From Chiloscyllium plagiosum (Eukaryota), in the NCBI RefSeq assembly GCF_004010195.1, contig NC_057758.1, positions 3,153,819 to 3,187,859 of the forward strand: a stretch of 34,041 nucleotides of DNA, read 5' to 3'. The stretch's first letter is position 1. Each line of letters starts with the position of its first letter. This document shows, in pieces, positions 33,648-34,041 of the stretch. Both the position numbers and the translations under genes were made by a program. The notes under the pieces were generated by a model. That model had not been told where the DNA came from. It made no database searches and worked only from the letters and a program-made list of their open reading frames with translations.

Positions 33648-34041
33648 TTGAGGATAGACAAGTCCCCCGGGCCTGATGGGATATATCCTAGGATTATATG
33701 GGAAGCAAGAGAGGAAATTGCAGTACCGTTGGTAATGATCTTTTCATCTTCACTGTCAACGGGGGTGGTACCAGGGGATTGGAGAGTGGCGAATGTTGTG
33801 CCCCTGTTTAAAAAAGGGAATAGGGATGACCCGGGGAATTACAGGCCAGTTAGTCTTACTTCGGTGGTAGGTAAAGTAATGGAAAGGGTACTGAGGGATA
33901 GAATTTATGAGTACCTGGAAAGGCACTGCTTGATTAGGGACAGCCAGCACGGATTTGTGAAGGTAGGTCTTGCCTTACAAGTCTGATTGAATTCTTTGAG
34001 GAGGTGACCAAGCATGTGGATGAGGGTAGAGCAGTGGATAT
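33648..34041 (+). mobile_element. Young 5'-truncated CR1 LINE running off the window (same family as 17082-18193)
   Basis: DKSPGPDGIYPR...DWRVANVVPLFKKG...PGNYRPVSLTSVVGK...SQHGF; single 1-bp frameshift near 33962. Confidence 0.95.

Overview
Eukaryotic, non-genic, repeat-saturated DNA. The repeat families (CR1/HER1-type LINEs, V-SINE/HE1-type SINEs, Gmr1-type Gypsy elements, Penelope-like elements) point to a cartilaginous fish, probably a shark; this is inference. I find no intact host gene. Almost every ORF in the track is a decayed retroelement fragment or its antisense shadow. The window holds: (i) four decayed Ty3/Gypsy elements, three showing the unusual Gmr1 order integrase->RT->RNase H and one retaining 5' LTR, PBS, gag and protease, plus a solo LTR with a 4-bp TSD; (ii) about ten CR1 fragments of different ages, including a young, nearly intact family seen twice; (iii) three coding Penelope-like (GIY-YIG) remnants and several short PLE-derived fold-back or mini insertions; (iv) V-SINEs; (v) a 418-N assembly gap. 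Many insertions are nested, with readable target-site duplications. The most interesting signal is a set of minimal hammerhead-ribozyme motifs (CUGANGA-stem II-GAAA-palindromic stem III) in at least three PLE families. One sits in a 115-bp, essentially ribozyme-only insertion flanked by a perfect 14-bp TSD. A minisatellite that repeats a splice-donor motif lies next to a possible dead exon. I could not identify a new autonomous system; the leads below are variants of known retroelement biology.
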